Assembly (NCBI GenBank): GCA_958296135.2
Contig: CATQHZ020000001.1
Coordinates: 704,001-768,000, forward strand
Length of the DNA: 64,000 nt
DNA from: an uncultured Poribacteria bacterium
GTDB lineage: Bacteria; Poribacteria; WGA-4E; WGA-3G
Direction of reading: 5' to 3'
Below are positions 29,418 through 39,347 of the stretch, piece after piece. Positions within the stretch are counted from its first letter, which is position 1. Each line of letters opens with the position of its first letter. The position numbers and the translations under genes were made by a program. The notes under the pieces were generated by a model. It was not told the origin of the DNA. It searched no databases and was given only the letters and a program-made list of their open reading frames with translations.

Positions 29418-32219
29418 TCAAACGCTTTGCGTCAATACAGACAAACTGCGTGCGAGTTTTTCTTCTTCTGCTAATAGGCGTTCCAGATGTTCCCGCTTCT
29501 GTGCTACCACCTTTTCGGGTGCGCGCTGGATGAAATTCGGGTTATCCAACGTCTTCTGTGCCGCTGCCACGTCCTTGGCTGCCTGTTGGTGCCGCTTGGT
29601 AAGCCGCGCGCGCTCCGAGTCCAGATCGATGACACCGGCGAGCGGGATGTAAATCACCATCTCACCGATGACGGCCTCGGCGGCGGCAGGCGGTTTCGGT
29701 AGTGCTTCGGCGACGGTGATGTCTGCAACCTTTGTAAACGCGGGGAGATGCTGGCTGAGATGCGTCGCGAGCCGTTCGCGCAGGGCGGCATCGGGCGATT
29801 GGATGAGGACTTCCACCGATGCCCCGAGTGGCACGTTCAGTTCGCCTCGGATGCTCCGCACGCTCTCAATTACCTCAGTCACTGTCGCCATCGTTGCCTC
29901 TATTTCTGGATTCTCGCCGGCGGCTTCTGGCCATGGCGCGATGCAGAGAGAGGGAGTTTCGCTGTGGTTGAGTTGCTGCCAAATCTCCTCACTCAAAAAG
30001 GGCATAAAGGGGTGCAGGAGCCGCATCGTCTGTTCTAGCACGTCGGCGGCTACCCAGAGTGCTTCGGGTTCGCCGTGGGCGAGCCGCTGTTTGACGAATT
30101 CGAGGTACCAGTCGCAGAATTCGTGCCAGAGGAACGCGTAGACAGTCTGCGCTGCTTCGTGGAAACGGAAGTTTTCAAGCGCGTCGGTTGTCGTTGTGAT
30201 AGCGTGGCTCAGGCGGCTGCGTATCCACGCGATTTCCAGTTTTTCGTCGTTCGCATCGGTGGCGTGCTGACGCGGGGCGACGCGCGCAGTTTTGAAGAGG
30301 CGTTCCCGTTCGGCGTGCATCTCCAGTGGTTGGCCTGTTGTCTTCCCATGCCGAGTTGTCACGTCTTGCCTTTCTTTCTCCCGTTCTGGATAGCCTGCAG
30401 GTATGGGATGCTTTTCAAGATTCATCAGCGTGAATCGGGCGGCGTTCCAGATTTTATTGGCGAACCGTTTGCCTGCTTCAATCTGCGATTCGGGCAGTGG
30501 GACATACGGATTCGGCGTGCCAGCGTTTGCAAGCGCGAACCGGAACGCATCGGTGCCGTAGGTGGCAATCGTCTCCAGCGGATCGATGCTATTCCCCTTC
30601 GATTTGCTCATCTTCTGTCCTTTTTCATCGGCGACGAGGCCGTGCAGATAGACGGTGCGGAACGGCACTTCGTCCATGCATGCAAGCCCGAGCATTATCA
30701 TGCGCGCCACCCAGAAAAAGAGGATGTCCCACCCCGTAACTAGGACAGAAGTCGGATAGAAGGTTTTAAGCACCGCTGTCTCTTCGGGCCAGCCCATCGT
30801 GGAGAAGGGCCAGAGCCCGGAACTGAACCACGTGTCTAGCACATCTTCGTCTTGCCGCAGTTCGGTGCAGCTGCACATTTCGCACGCTTGCGGCGTGTCC
30901 ATGGCGGCGGTGACAGCGTTGCATGCATCGCAGTACCAAATAGGGAGGCGGTGTCCCCACCACCGTTGTCTTGAAATGGGCCACGGCTCAATGTTCTCCA
31001 TCCAGTGCATGAACCGCGCTGTCTCTCGTTCCGGTATGAATTTCACATCGCCGTTTTTGGCGGCTTCCATGGCGCGTTGGGCGAGTGGCTGGACGTTCAT
31101 AAACCACTGCAATGAGATTGCGGGTTCGACGATGGTGCCGCACCTGTCGTGATGGCCGACGGCATGTCGATGCGGAACGATTTTGACGAGGTATCCCTGC
31201 TCTCGCAAATCGGCGACGACGCGTTCACGGCATTCCCAGCGGGATAGGCCGACATAAGGTTCGCCGGCGTGTTCGTTCATTCGCCCATCTTTTGTGAAAA
31301 TTGTCCGCTGTTCCAAATCGTGCCGCAGGCCTATCTCATAATCGTTCGCATCGTGTCCCGGTGTCACCTTCAGGGCACCGGTACCGAATTCGGTGTCAAC
31401 ATAAGCATCGCCGATGATGGGTACCACGCGTTCCTGTAAGGGTAGCATCGCCGTTTTACCGATGAGGTGTTGATAACGTTCGTCTTCGGGATGCACGGCG
31501 ACAGCGGTATCGCCTAACATCGTTTCGGGGCGCGTCGTCGCAATTTCTAGAAACGCGGTCTTCTCTGTTGTTGAGGGTTCTCGGGGGACAGGCCCCTGCG
31601 CTACGGGATAACGGATGTGATAAAAGTTTCCCTCTATCTCCATCGGTTCGACTTCGAGGTTGCTGACGGCGGTGTTGCATTGCGGGCACCAATTCACCAT
31701 GTAGGTATCGCGGTAGATGAGCCCCTGGTTGTAAAGTGCCACAAACGCGGTGCGGACAGCTTTGGAGAGCCCTTCGTCCAACGTGAACCGTTCGCGTTCC
31801 CAATCACAAGAGCATCCAAGTTGCTGGAGTTGCGCGACAATATAACCCGCGGATTCTTCCTTCCACTGCCACATCCGGTCGGTGAATTGTTCGCGGCCGA
31901 GTTCGGTGCGGGTTGTGCCTTCCTCGGCGAGTTTTCGCTCCATGATAAGTTCGGTGACGATGCCGGCGTGGTCTGTCCCAGGCATCCATAGGGTGTTGTA
32001 TCCCTGCATGCGTCGCCAGCGGATGAGACAATCTTGGAGCGTATTATCCAGCGCGTGTCCGATGTGCAAACTGCCGGTGATATTCGGGGGTGGAATCACA
32101 ATGGCGTAGGGCGGCTTATCCGATGTCGCCTCGGCATGAAAATAGCCGTTTTCTTGCCAAAATTGATACCACTTCGCCTTGATGTGCTGCGGTTCGTAAA
32201 TTTTCGGGAGATGTGTCAT
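29418..32219 (-). CDS. valS: valine--tRNA ligase (with two atypical insertions)
   Basis: PPPNITGSLHIGH, ATTRPET, DVLDTWFSS, KMSKS and a C-terminal coiled coil. Confidence 0.97.
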   Translation of the reverse strand: MTHLPKIYEPQHIKAKWYQFWQENGYFHAEATSDKPPYAIVIPPPNITGSLHIGHALDNTLQDCLIRWRRMQGYNTLWMPGTDHAGIVTELIMERKLAEEGTTRTELGREQFTDRMWQWKEESAGYIVAQLQQLGCSCDWERERFTLDEGLSKAVRTAFVALYNQGLIYRDTYMVNWCPQCNTAVSNLEVEPMEIEGNFYHIRYPVAQGPVPREPSTTEKTAFLEIATTRPETMLGDTAVAVHPEDERYQHLIGKTAMLPLQERVVPIIGDAYVDTEFGTGALKVTPGHDANDYEIGLRHDLEQRTIFTKDGRMNEHAGEPYVGLSRWECRERVVADLREQGYLVKIVPHRHAVGHHDRCGTIVEPAISLQWFMNVQPLAQRAMEAAKNGDVKFIPERETARFMHWMENIEPWPISRQRWWGHRLPIWYCDACNAVTAAMDTPQACEMCSCTELRQDEDVLDTWFSSGLWPFSTMGWPEETAVLKTFYPTSVLVTGWDILFFWVARMIMLGLACMDEVPFRTVYLHGLVADEKGQKMSKSKGNSIDPLETIATYGTDAFRFALANAGTPNPYVPLPESQIEAGKRFANKIWNAARFTLMNLEKHPIPAGYPEREKERQDVTTRHGKTTGQPLEMHAERERLFKTARVAPRQHATDANDEKLEIAWIRSRLSHAITTTTDALENFRFHEAAQTVYAFLWHEFCDWYLEFVKQRLAHGEPEALWVAADVLEQTMRLLHPFMPFLSEEIWQQLNHSETPSLCIAPWPEAAGENPEIEATMATVTEVIESVRSIRGELNVPLGASVEVLIQSPDAALRERLATHLSQHLPAFTKVADITVAEALPKPPAAAEAVIGEMVIYIPLAGVIDLDSERARLTKRHQQAAKDVAAAQKTLDNPNFIQRAPEKVVAQKREHLERLLAEEEKLARSLSVLTQSV

Positions 32220-32221
32220 GG

Positions 32222-32800
32222 TTACGTAAAGAGCGGGACTACCCACCCGTACGCGCCTCCTTCCGTTTGATAAAGTAGATTCACCTGCCGGGTCTCGGCG
32301 TTTAAGAAGAGGAGCAGCGAGTCGCCGCCGGTGTGGAGTTCGTTTGCGGCTTCCGCCACGGTCATCGGTTTCGCGGCAAACTTCTCCGGTGCTTCAATGA
32401 TGCGCGGTGTCTCCGCGGTATCGGGGATGTCTGTCGAAGGTTCGGTTTCCTGAAGTGCCTCGGTTTCGGGAGGGTTCAGGTGTGCGACGACATCGCGATG
32501 CGGGAGCTGGTGCCGCCGGTCTTTCACGCGTTCCTTGTAACGGCGGATTTGGCTGAGGATTTTGTCTGTCACACCGTCTAGCGCGGCGAAAAGTTCATGG
32601 GTTTGGCTCTCGGCGTGAAACGATGCGCGGTTGGCTGTGACGCTCATCTCCGTTTCAAAGCGGTGCTTTTCGGCGGTGATGACGACGTGGATTTCAAGCA
32701 TCGGGCCGAAACGTGCTTCAATTTTATCGGCACGTTTTTGCAGATAAGCCCGAATATCATCGGTGATTTTGAGATGGCGGCCGGTGATGCGGATTTTCAT
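32222..32800 (-). CDS. hpf: ribosome hibernation factor (long HPF / RaiA family)
   Basis: MKIRITGRHLKIT, ELFAALD..KI..QIRRYKE and C-terminal KPMTVAEA; lies downstream of rpoN. Confidence 0.88.
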   Translation of the reverse strand: MKIRITGRHLKITDDIRAYLQKRADKIEARFGPMLEIHVVITAEKHRFETEMSVTANRASFHAESQTHELFAALDGVTDKILSQIRRYKERVKDRRHQLPHRDVVAHLNPPETEALQETEPSTDIPDTAETPRIIEAPEKFAAKPMTVAEAANELHTGGDSLLLFLNAETRQVNLLYQTEGGAYGWVVPLFT

Positions 32801-32882
32801 TTTTCGTATTTCCTTTCGGTTGTTCAACTGCCATTGGGCAGCGAAGGTTGTCTTCTCAGAAGCATTCATACCCAATTCATCA

Positions 32883-32966
32883 CTGTAGTTCGGGCTCGCC
32901 CCCTCCGATGTTAGTGACATCGGGCGCCAAAATGAGGCAAGGTACGGCGAGCTGGTTTCCCTACAG
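32883..32966. mobile_element. MITE-like element bounded by CTGTAG...CTACAG (family D)
   Basis: ctgtagttcgggctcgcc...ggcaaggtacggcgagctggtttccctacag. Homologs at 44745-44805, 45925-45985 (inverted) and partly at 29383-29403. Confidence 0.6.
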
Positions 32967-33111
32967 AGGACGAGACTTACGTAGCACAAACCCCGTAGGC
33001 GCGCGTTGTAAGCGCGCCGCCCGAACGGGCGTTTTCAGCATTTGCTTCTGTCCTGTTAGTGACAAGCGTGGCACCGTGGTTGTCCGTACAACATCCCTGC
33101 GGAAGAGATGT

Positions 33112-34674
33112 TTATTGAACGCTTGGTGCCGATACAGCGGTACTTTTCACCCGCTCGCGTGAGGGCGGAATCCCCAGTTCATCACGATATTTTTGGACGG
33201 TGCGGCGTGCAAGGAGGATGCCGTTCGCTCTCAAAGCATTGCTTACACCCTGGTCGCTCAGCGGTTTCGTCGGTTCTTCGTCGCGAATGAGGGCCCGTAT
33301 CTGGTGTTTCACCTGATTTGCGGAGACAGCACCGCCTTGCCGCGTGGCGACTTTGTTACTGAAGAAAGCCCTTAACGGAAACGTGCCGTAGGGGGTTTGG
33401 ACATATTTATTACTAGTGGCGCGACTGACCGTGGATTCGTGGAAACCGATTTTTTCCGCAATATCTCGGAGCGTTAAGGGTTCAAGGTTATGAGTTCCGT
33501 GTGTGAGAAACGCCGATTGCACGTCAAAAATCGCCTCCGTGACTTGCACAATAGTGTGCGCGCGTTGGCCTAGACTGTGGAGGATAGCCGTTGCTTCTTC
33601 ATAACGTTCTTCAAGCCATTCCTGTTCCTCTGGCGTTAACGTATCGCTGCGTTCCTGCAGGAGATGACGGTAGTCAGCGTTCATCTTAAGACGTGGCATG
33701 TCGCCATCGGCAAGGATGGTGTAAAACGGGCTGTGCTGCACCCCGTCTTTGGAAAACGTTCCGAATTCCATTGAGCGAATCTCGACATCAGGGATGACCG
33801 GGTATGCAGTGTCGGCAGTTACGGCGACAGCGTGCGCTGCGCGGGCATTCGCATCGGTGAAGGCGCGCCCCGGATAGGGTGTCAGCGTTCCTATCCATTC
33901 AACGGTGGCCTCAATCTCTCGGATGTCGACGTTTAAGGCATCGGCGATTTTGTTGAACTTGCGATGTAGCATCTCGGTAAAGTGATGCACGATGATGTCG
34001 CGGGCGAGCGGCGGAGGCCCGGTACCGTTGGTTGCGTCCCAGTTGCGTATCTGAATGAGCAGTGCCTCGCGCGTATCGCGATAGGCGATGCCAGTTGGCT
34101 CAAAGGTGTCCTGAATTTTGCGCAGGACGCGCGCCACTTTCCTCTGGGAGCATCCCACTGCTTTGGCGATGTCTTCCAACGTGAAGTCTGAGACATCGAG
34201 GTGTCCATTGTCGTCTACATTTTCGATGAGGTGTTCGCCGATAGCGAATTCAGTTTCGGTGAAGTCGGCGAGCCGCAGTTGTTCTTCTAGAGAGTCGTGC
34301 AGGGTGCAGACTTGCGCGATTTCCGGGAGTTCTGCATCGGGATGTTGGGTAGCGCGCCATTCGCTGCGAGAACTCCGGTCATCGAATGCAAGTTCCCAGT
34401 CGATGTCAACAGTGGTATCCTCCCGGTCGATGTTTTCTTCAGGGGCGTTCCACTCCGGGGCCGGGTCAAGTTCTTCAATAGGCAAGAAGTCAGTTTCGTC
34501 TGGTTCCTCATATTCAAGAAACGGGTTTTGCTCGGATTGCCGCAGCATGAATTTTTTGAGTTCCAGTTTCGGCATGAGCAGCACCTCCAGTGCTTGTTGC
34601 AGCTGGGGGTGCATGACAACCTTGGGCTTGATTTTCTGTTGGACAGCGGACTTGTCGTTTTTCTGTTTGAACAT
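33112..34674 (-). CDS. rpoN: RNA polymerase sigma-54 factor
   Basis: PQLQQAL, NPFLE, HESTVSRA, PLSDQ and RpoN box ARRTVQKYR. Confidence 0.95.
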   Translation of the reverse strand: MFKQKNDKSAVQQKIKPKVVMHPQLQQALEVLLMPKLELKKFMLRQSEQNPFLEYEEPDETDFLPIEELDPAPEWNAPEENIDREDTTVDIDWELAFDDRSSRSEWRATQHPDAELPEIAQVCTLHDSLEEQLRLADFTETEFAIGEHLIENVDDNGHLDVSDFTLEDIAKAVGCSQRKVARVLRKIQDTFEPTGIAYRDTREALLIQIRNWDATNGTGPPPLARDIIVHHFTEMLHRKFNKIADALNVDIREIEATVEWIGTLTPYPGRAFTDANARAAHAVAVTADTAYPVIPDVEIRSMEFGTFSKDGVQHSPFYTILADGDMPRLKMNADYRHLLQERSDTLTPEEQEWLEERYEEATAILHSLGQRAHTIVQVTEAIFDVQSAFLTHGTHNLEPLTLRDIAEKIGFHESTVSRATSNKYVQTPYGTFPLRAFFSNKVATRQGGAVSANQVKHQIRALIRDEEPTKPLSDQGVSNALRANGILLARRTVQKYRDELGIPPSRERVKSTAVSAPSVQ

Positions 34675-34737
34675 TTTTGCCCCCGATTGCGATGTCTGGC
34701 GAAGGAGACTGCGTCTCCTGGCTAGAACAAACAGGTC

Positions 34738-35484
34738 TCACGCGTTTTGTCGATTCCATTGGAAGTGATGTCCGAAATAGAGTTCTCTGGCAATTTTGCT
34801 GCTGAGCAATTCCTCCGGGGTGCCGGCGAGGGTAATCTTTCCATCGGCGATGAGGTAGGCTCTATCGACAATGTCAAGCGTTTCGGCGGCGTTGTGGTCT
34901 GTAATGAGGACCCCGAGGTTCCGGTCGCGTAAGTGCGAGATGAGCTGCTTGATATCGGCAATCGCGATCGGATCGATGCCGGAGAGGGGTTCGTCCAACA
35001 AGATGAACGCGGGCTCGGCGGCGAGGGCGCGCGCGATTTCGGCACGCCGACATTCACCCCCAGAGAGCGTGTAGGCTCGCCGCGCGAGGAGATGCGAGAT
35101 GCCGAGTTCGGTTGTCAATGCGCGCACGCGCGGTTCGCGCTCAGCTTTCGGTACGCCGCGTGCCTCCAGAATCGCCTCGATGTTCTGCCGAATGGTGAGT
35201 TTGCGGAAAATCGAGGTCTCCTGCGCGAGGTAGCCGATCCCGAGCCGGGCGCGTTGATACATCGGGAGAAAGGTGATGTCCTTCCCGCCGTAGGTAATCC
35301 GCCCGGCGTTGGGTTGGATAAGCCCGACTACCATGTAGAACGTGGTGGATTTGCCTGCACCGTTCGGACCGAGCAAACCGACAATTTCGCCTTGGCGGAC
35401 AGATAAACTCACCTCGTTGACGACGAGGGGACCGCGCCGGGTATAGCGTTTGACAAGGTTGTGTGCTTGAAGTTCACTGTTCAT
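34738..35484 (-). CDS. lptB: LPS export ABC transporter ATP-binding protein
   Basis: GLLGPNGAGKSTTFYM, PMYQRARLGIGYL and GVLITDHN; lies upstream of rpoN. Confidence 0.93.
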   Translation of the reverse strand: MNSELQAHNLVKRYTRRGPLVVNEVSLSVRQGEIVGLLGPNGAGKSTTFYMVVGLIQPNAGRITYGGKDITFLPMYQRARLGIGYLAQETSIFRKLTIRQNIEAILEARGVPKAEREPRVRALTTELGISHLLARRAYTLSGGECRRAEIARALAAEPAFILLDEPLSGIDPIAIADIKQLISHLRDRNLGVLITDHNAAETLDIVDRAYLIADGKITLAGTPEELLSSKIARELYFGHHFQWNRQNA

Positions 35485-36362
35485 TCGTTTTCGTCCGTTT
35501 CGTTTTCTGCGTCTTCTTTTTCCTCGTTGGGCTCAGGCGAACCCGACCGGGCATCTTCCTCAGTGCTAGCGTCATCGGGATTTCCTTCAGCGTCTTCCTC
35601 AGCGGGGGCTGCCTCGCCCTCTTCTGGCGCGGGAGGCGCGTCTGCTTCCCCTGTTTCAGTTTCCTTTTCGTCCGTGTCGTCCGCTGTGTCTGCTGTCGCT
35701 TTTTCGTCTGTCTCCGCGTCCGCTTTTGATGATTCTTCTGCTGGCACCGGTTCTGCTTCGATGACGCGCACTTTGAACTTCACGTCGCCTTCGGCAGTCT
35801 GTTCACCTGTCGTGCGGTTATAGGTGAAGAGGACTGTCTCAAGCCGGTCTTTGTTTTGTATCACCACCACGTCTGTCTTGAGGATAATGGTATTCGTGAG
35901 ATGGTTCATGGTGGCGTGCTCGCACGTGGCGAAAAGTTCTGCATCCCGGATTTCGACGTTACTCTCGGCAACCGTTCGCACAGTGTCACCGGTAATCGGG
36001 TCCGTGTAGAAGGTGACTTTATCGGCATTGAGGTAGCCGTCGGTGCGCAAGATCTTCACGTTACCGGTGAGAACGGTGATGCCATCTTTCTCGTACCGTT
36101 CTAAAGTATCTGCGCTGCCGTTGATTTCTTCGCCTTCTTCCACGTCTTCCGCCGCTGCTGCGTCGATTTTCTCGCTCTCTTTCATCTCAGGCGAGTTTGC
36201 GTTCCGTTCTTCGCTCTGAACGGTTGCGTCCGGGGTTTTCTCGGAAGTTTTTTCTGTTTCAGCGGCAGCACTCCATGCTATGAGGCTGCCGATGAAGAGC
36301 GTGAAGAGACTCAGCCAGAGTGTCTTATTTTGACTGTGGTTGCGTTTCATGGGTTTTTTCAT
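35481..36362 (-). CDS. lptA: LptA/OstA family protein with acidic disordered tail
   Basis: Signal peptide, beta-jellyroll pattern (VLTGNVKI, LNADKV) and synteny with lptC-lptB. Confidence 0.75.
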   Translation of the reverse strand: MKKPMKRNHSQNKTLWLSLFTLFIGSLIAWSAAAETEKTSEKTPDATVQSEERNANSPEMKESEKIDAAAAEDVEEGEEINGSADTLERYEKDGITVLTGNVKILRTDGYLNADKVTFYTDPITGDTVRTVAESNVEIRDAELFATCEHATMNHLTNTIILKTDVVVIQNKDRLETVLFTYNRTTGEQTAEGDVKFKVRVIEAEPVPAEESSKADAETDEKATADTADDTDEKETETGEADAPPAPEEGEAAPAEEDAEGNPDDASTEEDARSGSPEPNEEKEDAENETDENE

Positions 36363-36930
36363 CCCTCGGGTAAAGCTGAAATCGATTGTTTGTCATTTTA
36401 ACGGTTTCTAGTGTCGGATCGGCGCGCATTTCGGTGCCGTGCCAAGTGGATGTGCCGCGGACGACGGTTGCCTCATTCGGTGCATATAGGATGCCCGCGC
36501 GGTTTCTCCAATGGAGTTCGTCGGTGTATAATTTGCCGTCTTTACTGACACCGACGACATCCCCGGAGAGGTGCAGGTTATCCTTGTCGGTGCCAGTGAG
36601 AAACTGCACGCCCTTTTTACTGGTTAACGTGATGGCTACCTCGCCGTTTTCAAAAATCTCCACGGTAGGATTCTCAATATGGACGGTGTCCTGATGGAGT
36701 GTGGATGCTTCGCCGACGAGCGTCCATTTGAGGATGCCGGCTTCGGTGTGCTGTGTAGAAAACCGGTCCAACTTTTGCGTCGGTTTCGGTGCCTCAGGTT
36801 CTGTCAGAGGTTCCTCGGTGTTCTGACATCCATTCGTGAAGGGCATCAGGCAGAAAAGGAACACTGCTGCTACGGTGTGCCGGAGGAGGCTTCTACCGCT
36901 TCTCTTCGGGCCGGGTTTTCCACCGTTCAT
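36325..36930 (-). CDS. lptC: LPS export periplasmic protein LptC
   Basis: Hydrophobic anchor followed by WTLVG...LSGDVV...LYTDELHW...GTEM; synteny. Start uncertain. Confidence 0.75.
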   Translation of the reverse strand: MNGGKPGPKRSGRSLLRHTVAAVFLFCLMPFTNGCQNTEEPLTEPEAPKPTQKLDRFSTQHTEAGILKWTLVGEASTLHQDTVHIENPTVEIFENGEVAITLTSKKGVQFLTGTDKDNLHLSGDVVGVSKDGKLYTDELHWRNRAGILYAPNEATVVRGTSTWHGTEMRADPTLETVKMTNNRFQLYPRDEKTHETQPQSK

Positions 36931-37777
36931 GCATCCAGATCCACTGCTCTGGGTATCGCCGGATGTATCCCTCAATAATTTTGGTAAATTTCTGTGTGTT
37001 GATAACAAGTTCTTCCTCGTTGCCCGCTGTGCGTTCCAACGCCAAAGGCGGTTCAATGATGGCTCGATGCGTGCCATCGGGTTGCCGAATAATGAAAGAA
37101 GGTAGTATCGCGGCCCCGGTTTTGAGTGCGATGGCGATGGGACTGTAAGGCGTATAGGCGGGTTTGCCGAAGAAATCGACGAACACGCCGTTGACGGTAG
37201 TATCCACATCGGCGACGATGCCGAGCAGTTGATTGCGTTTGAGGCATCGGAGCGCGCTGCGCAGTCCGGTATCCCTGTCAATCGTGGCATAACCGGCTCG
37301 CGCGCGGTAGCTGCTGACGAGAGCGTTTAACCGAGCGGAACGCAATTCGCGCACGATGGGCATCAACGGTGCCACAGTCACAGAGATGCTTGCGGCGAGC
37401 AGTTCCCAGTTGCCGAAATGTCCTGTCAGGATAATCGCGCCTTTTCCGCGTGCGAGGGCTCTCTTGATATGCGATGCGCCTTCAAAAGTGACGGCCTGTT
37501 GCAGTTGCGCTGCGTCCATGCGCGGAAACCGCATAAATTCTACCACATTCTTGCCGAGGTTTTCAAAGCACCGCTTCGCCATTGCGGCAGCGCGCTGATT
37601 CTCTGAAATGTTCAGGCTCCGCTGGAGTTGTTCGCATGCGCGGGCTCTTTCCGTTGCGGCGAGCCAGAAGGCGAGTCTGCCTAGCCCGGCACCGATGGTT
37701 AATGCCATTCCTCTCGGCAGTCGGGAGACACAAGCCCCTATCCATTTGGCGGCACATTCATAACACCAATCTTTCAT
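36893..37777 (-). CDS. lpxL: lipid A lauroyl/late acyltransferase (LpxL/HtrB family)
   Basis: GHFGNWE, VFVDFFG and PEQWIWMHERWK. Confidence 0.85.
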   Translation of the reverse strand: MKDWCYECAAKWIGACVSRLPRGMALTIGAGLGRLAFWLAATERARACEQLQRSLNISENQRAAAMAKRCFENLGKNVVEFMRFPRMDAAQLQQAVTFEGASHIKRALARGKGAIILTGHFGNWELLAASISVTVAPLMPIVRELRSARLNALVSSYRARAGYATIDRDTGLRSALRCLKRNQLLGIVADVDTTVNGVFVDFFGKPAYTPYSPIAIALKTGAAILPSFIIRQPDGTHRAIIEPPLALERTAGNEEELVINTQKFTKIIEGYIRRYPEQWIWMHERWKTRPEEKR

Positions 37778-37908
37778 TACTATATAGTATAGCAAATTTC
37801 ACGTGAAATTGCAAATTAATTTAATGTTTTGTTGCATTTTCGGCGAAATTTCTTTAGGTTACGTGCGACTTGATTTCTATTCGCATTTCGGGTAAACTTT
37901 AAATTGCT

Positions 37909-39210
37909 ATGCACACATCCGAGAATCTCAACAACCAGATTATCCGGCTCGCCATCCCGAATATCGTCAGCAATTTTTCTATCCCGTTGTTAGGCGCGGT
38001 GGACACCGCGTTGATGGGCCGGTTGGATTCCGAGCACTACTTAGGTGCTGTCGGTATCGGCGGTGTGATTTTCAGTTTTGTCTACTGGGGATTCGGGTTT
38101 CTCCGGATGGCGATGACGGGGCTTGTCGCGCAGGCGTTCGGTAAAAACGACGAGCTGGAATGTGGCCGTTTACTCCTGCGCGGACTTTTCATCGGCGTTG
38201 CGGGCAGTATGCTGCTCATCGGCCTCCAATGGATTCTCGCCGAGGTGAGTTTTAGGTTCATTGATGCGAGCGCGGAAGTGGAACGACTGGCCCGCGTCTA
38301 TTTTCACATCCGCATCGCTGCAGCACCGGCGACGCTCTGTCTGCACGCCTTCCACGGCACATTTTTGGGCTTACAGAACGCGCGCTACCCGATGTTCCTG
38401 ACGATTCTGGTGAATCTCGCCAACATCGCGCTGAATCTGGTTTTCGTGAAAGGGCTTGGGATGACGGTGGAAGGCGTTGCGTTGGCAACCGTCATTGCGC
38501 AGTATATCGGGCTCTTCTTGGCAAGCGCGCTATGGTTGACGCGTTATCGGTGCCTGATGCGCGGGTGGCATATCCGGAGGGTGTTGTCCCCTGTGCAACT
38601 GAAGCGGTTTCTGAGCATTAGCGGCGATATTTTCATCAGGACCTGTTTGCTCGTATTTAGCCACGCCTTTTTCATAGCGAAATCTGCCGAATTAAGCGAT
38701 GCTGTCTTGGCAATTAACACTATCTTGCTCCAGTTCATTAATCTGCTGTCTTACGCGATTGATGGCTTCGCGTTCGCGGCGGAGAGCCTGGTCGGCAAAT
38801 ACAAGGGCGCGCAGGATACGCATAATCTCAAACGGACAACGCGCTATATCTTCCGGTGGGCGTTTCTGTTTGGCGGCGTGTTGATGATAATTTTCGGGCT
38901 GTTTGGAGAACCGTTGCTACATCTCTTCACAAATCAGATAGAGTTGGTGACTCAAGCGAAGCAGTATCTTTTCTGGCTCTTCATCGCGCCTGTCGTTAAC
39001 GTTGCCGCCTATATTTGGGATGGGATTTTCCTCGGCGCAACTGCGTCTAGGCCGTTGCGGGACACGGTGATTTTTTCAACCGTGCTGTTTTTGGGTGCGG
39101 CGTATTTGCTGCAGCCTTATGGGAATCAGGGGCTTTGGGGCGCGTTGACGTTGCTTTTAGTGGCGCGCGGTGTGTCGTTGACAGTGCTGGCGCGGAAACA
39201 TATCATTTGA
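37909..39210 (+). CDS. MATE family efflux protein (DinF-like)
   Basis: LAIPNIVSN..PLLGAVDTA, FGFLRM and DGFAFAAE; about 12 TM segments. Confidence 0.9.
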   Translation: MHTSENLNNQIIRLAIPNIVSNFSIPLLGAVDTALMGRLDSEHYLGAVGIGGVIFSFVYWGFGFLRMAMTGLVAQAFGKNDELECGRLLLRGLFIGVAGSMLLIGLQWILAEVSFRFIDASAEVERLARVYFHIRIAAAPATLCLHAFHGTFLGLQNARYPMFLTILVNLANIALNLVFVKGLGMTVEGVALATVIAQYIGLFLASALWLTRYRCLMRGWHIRRVLSPVQLKRFLSISGDIFIRTCLLVFSHAFFIAKSAELSDAVLAINTILLQFINLLSYAIDGFAFAAESLVGKYKGAQDTHNLKRTTRYIFRWAFLFGGVLMIIFGLFGEPLLHLFTNQIELVTQAKQYLFWLFIAPVVNVAAYIWDGIFLGATASRPLRDTVIFSTVLFLGAAYLLQPYGNQGLWGALTLLLVARGVSLTVLARKHII

Positions 39211-39347
39211 TTTGAAACACATCGCGTTTTATGCTACATTAATTAAACGAAACGAAACACCTTGCGCAAATGAGGCATTACCTATAAAAACGTTCTCTGT
39301 CGGCGCGGTTTGAGACCGGGTCTACCGGGGCGGATGGATGAAAAAAT

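Noticed and set aside
32801-32989. N-terminal extension of HPF suggested by the ORF track
   Set aside because: The extension runs through a family-D element, and a good RBS (GAAAGGA) precedes the downstream ATGs near 32800.
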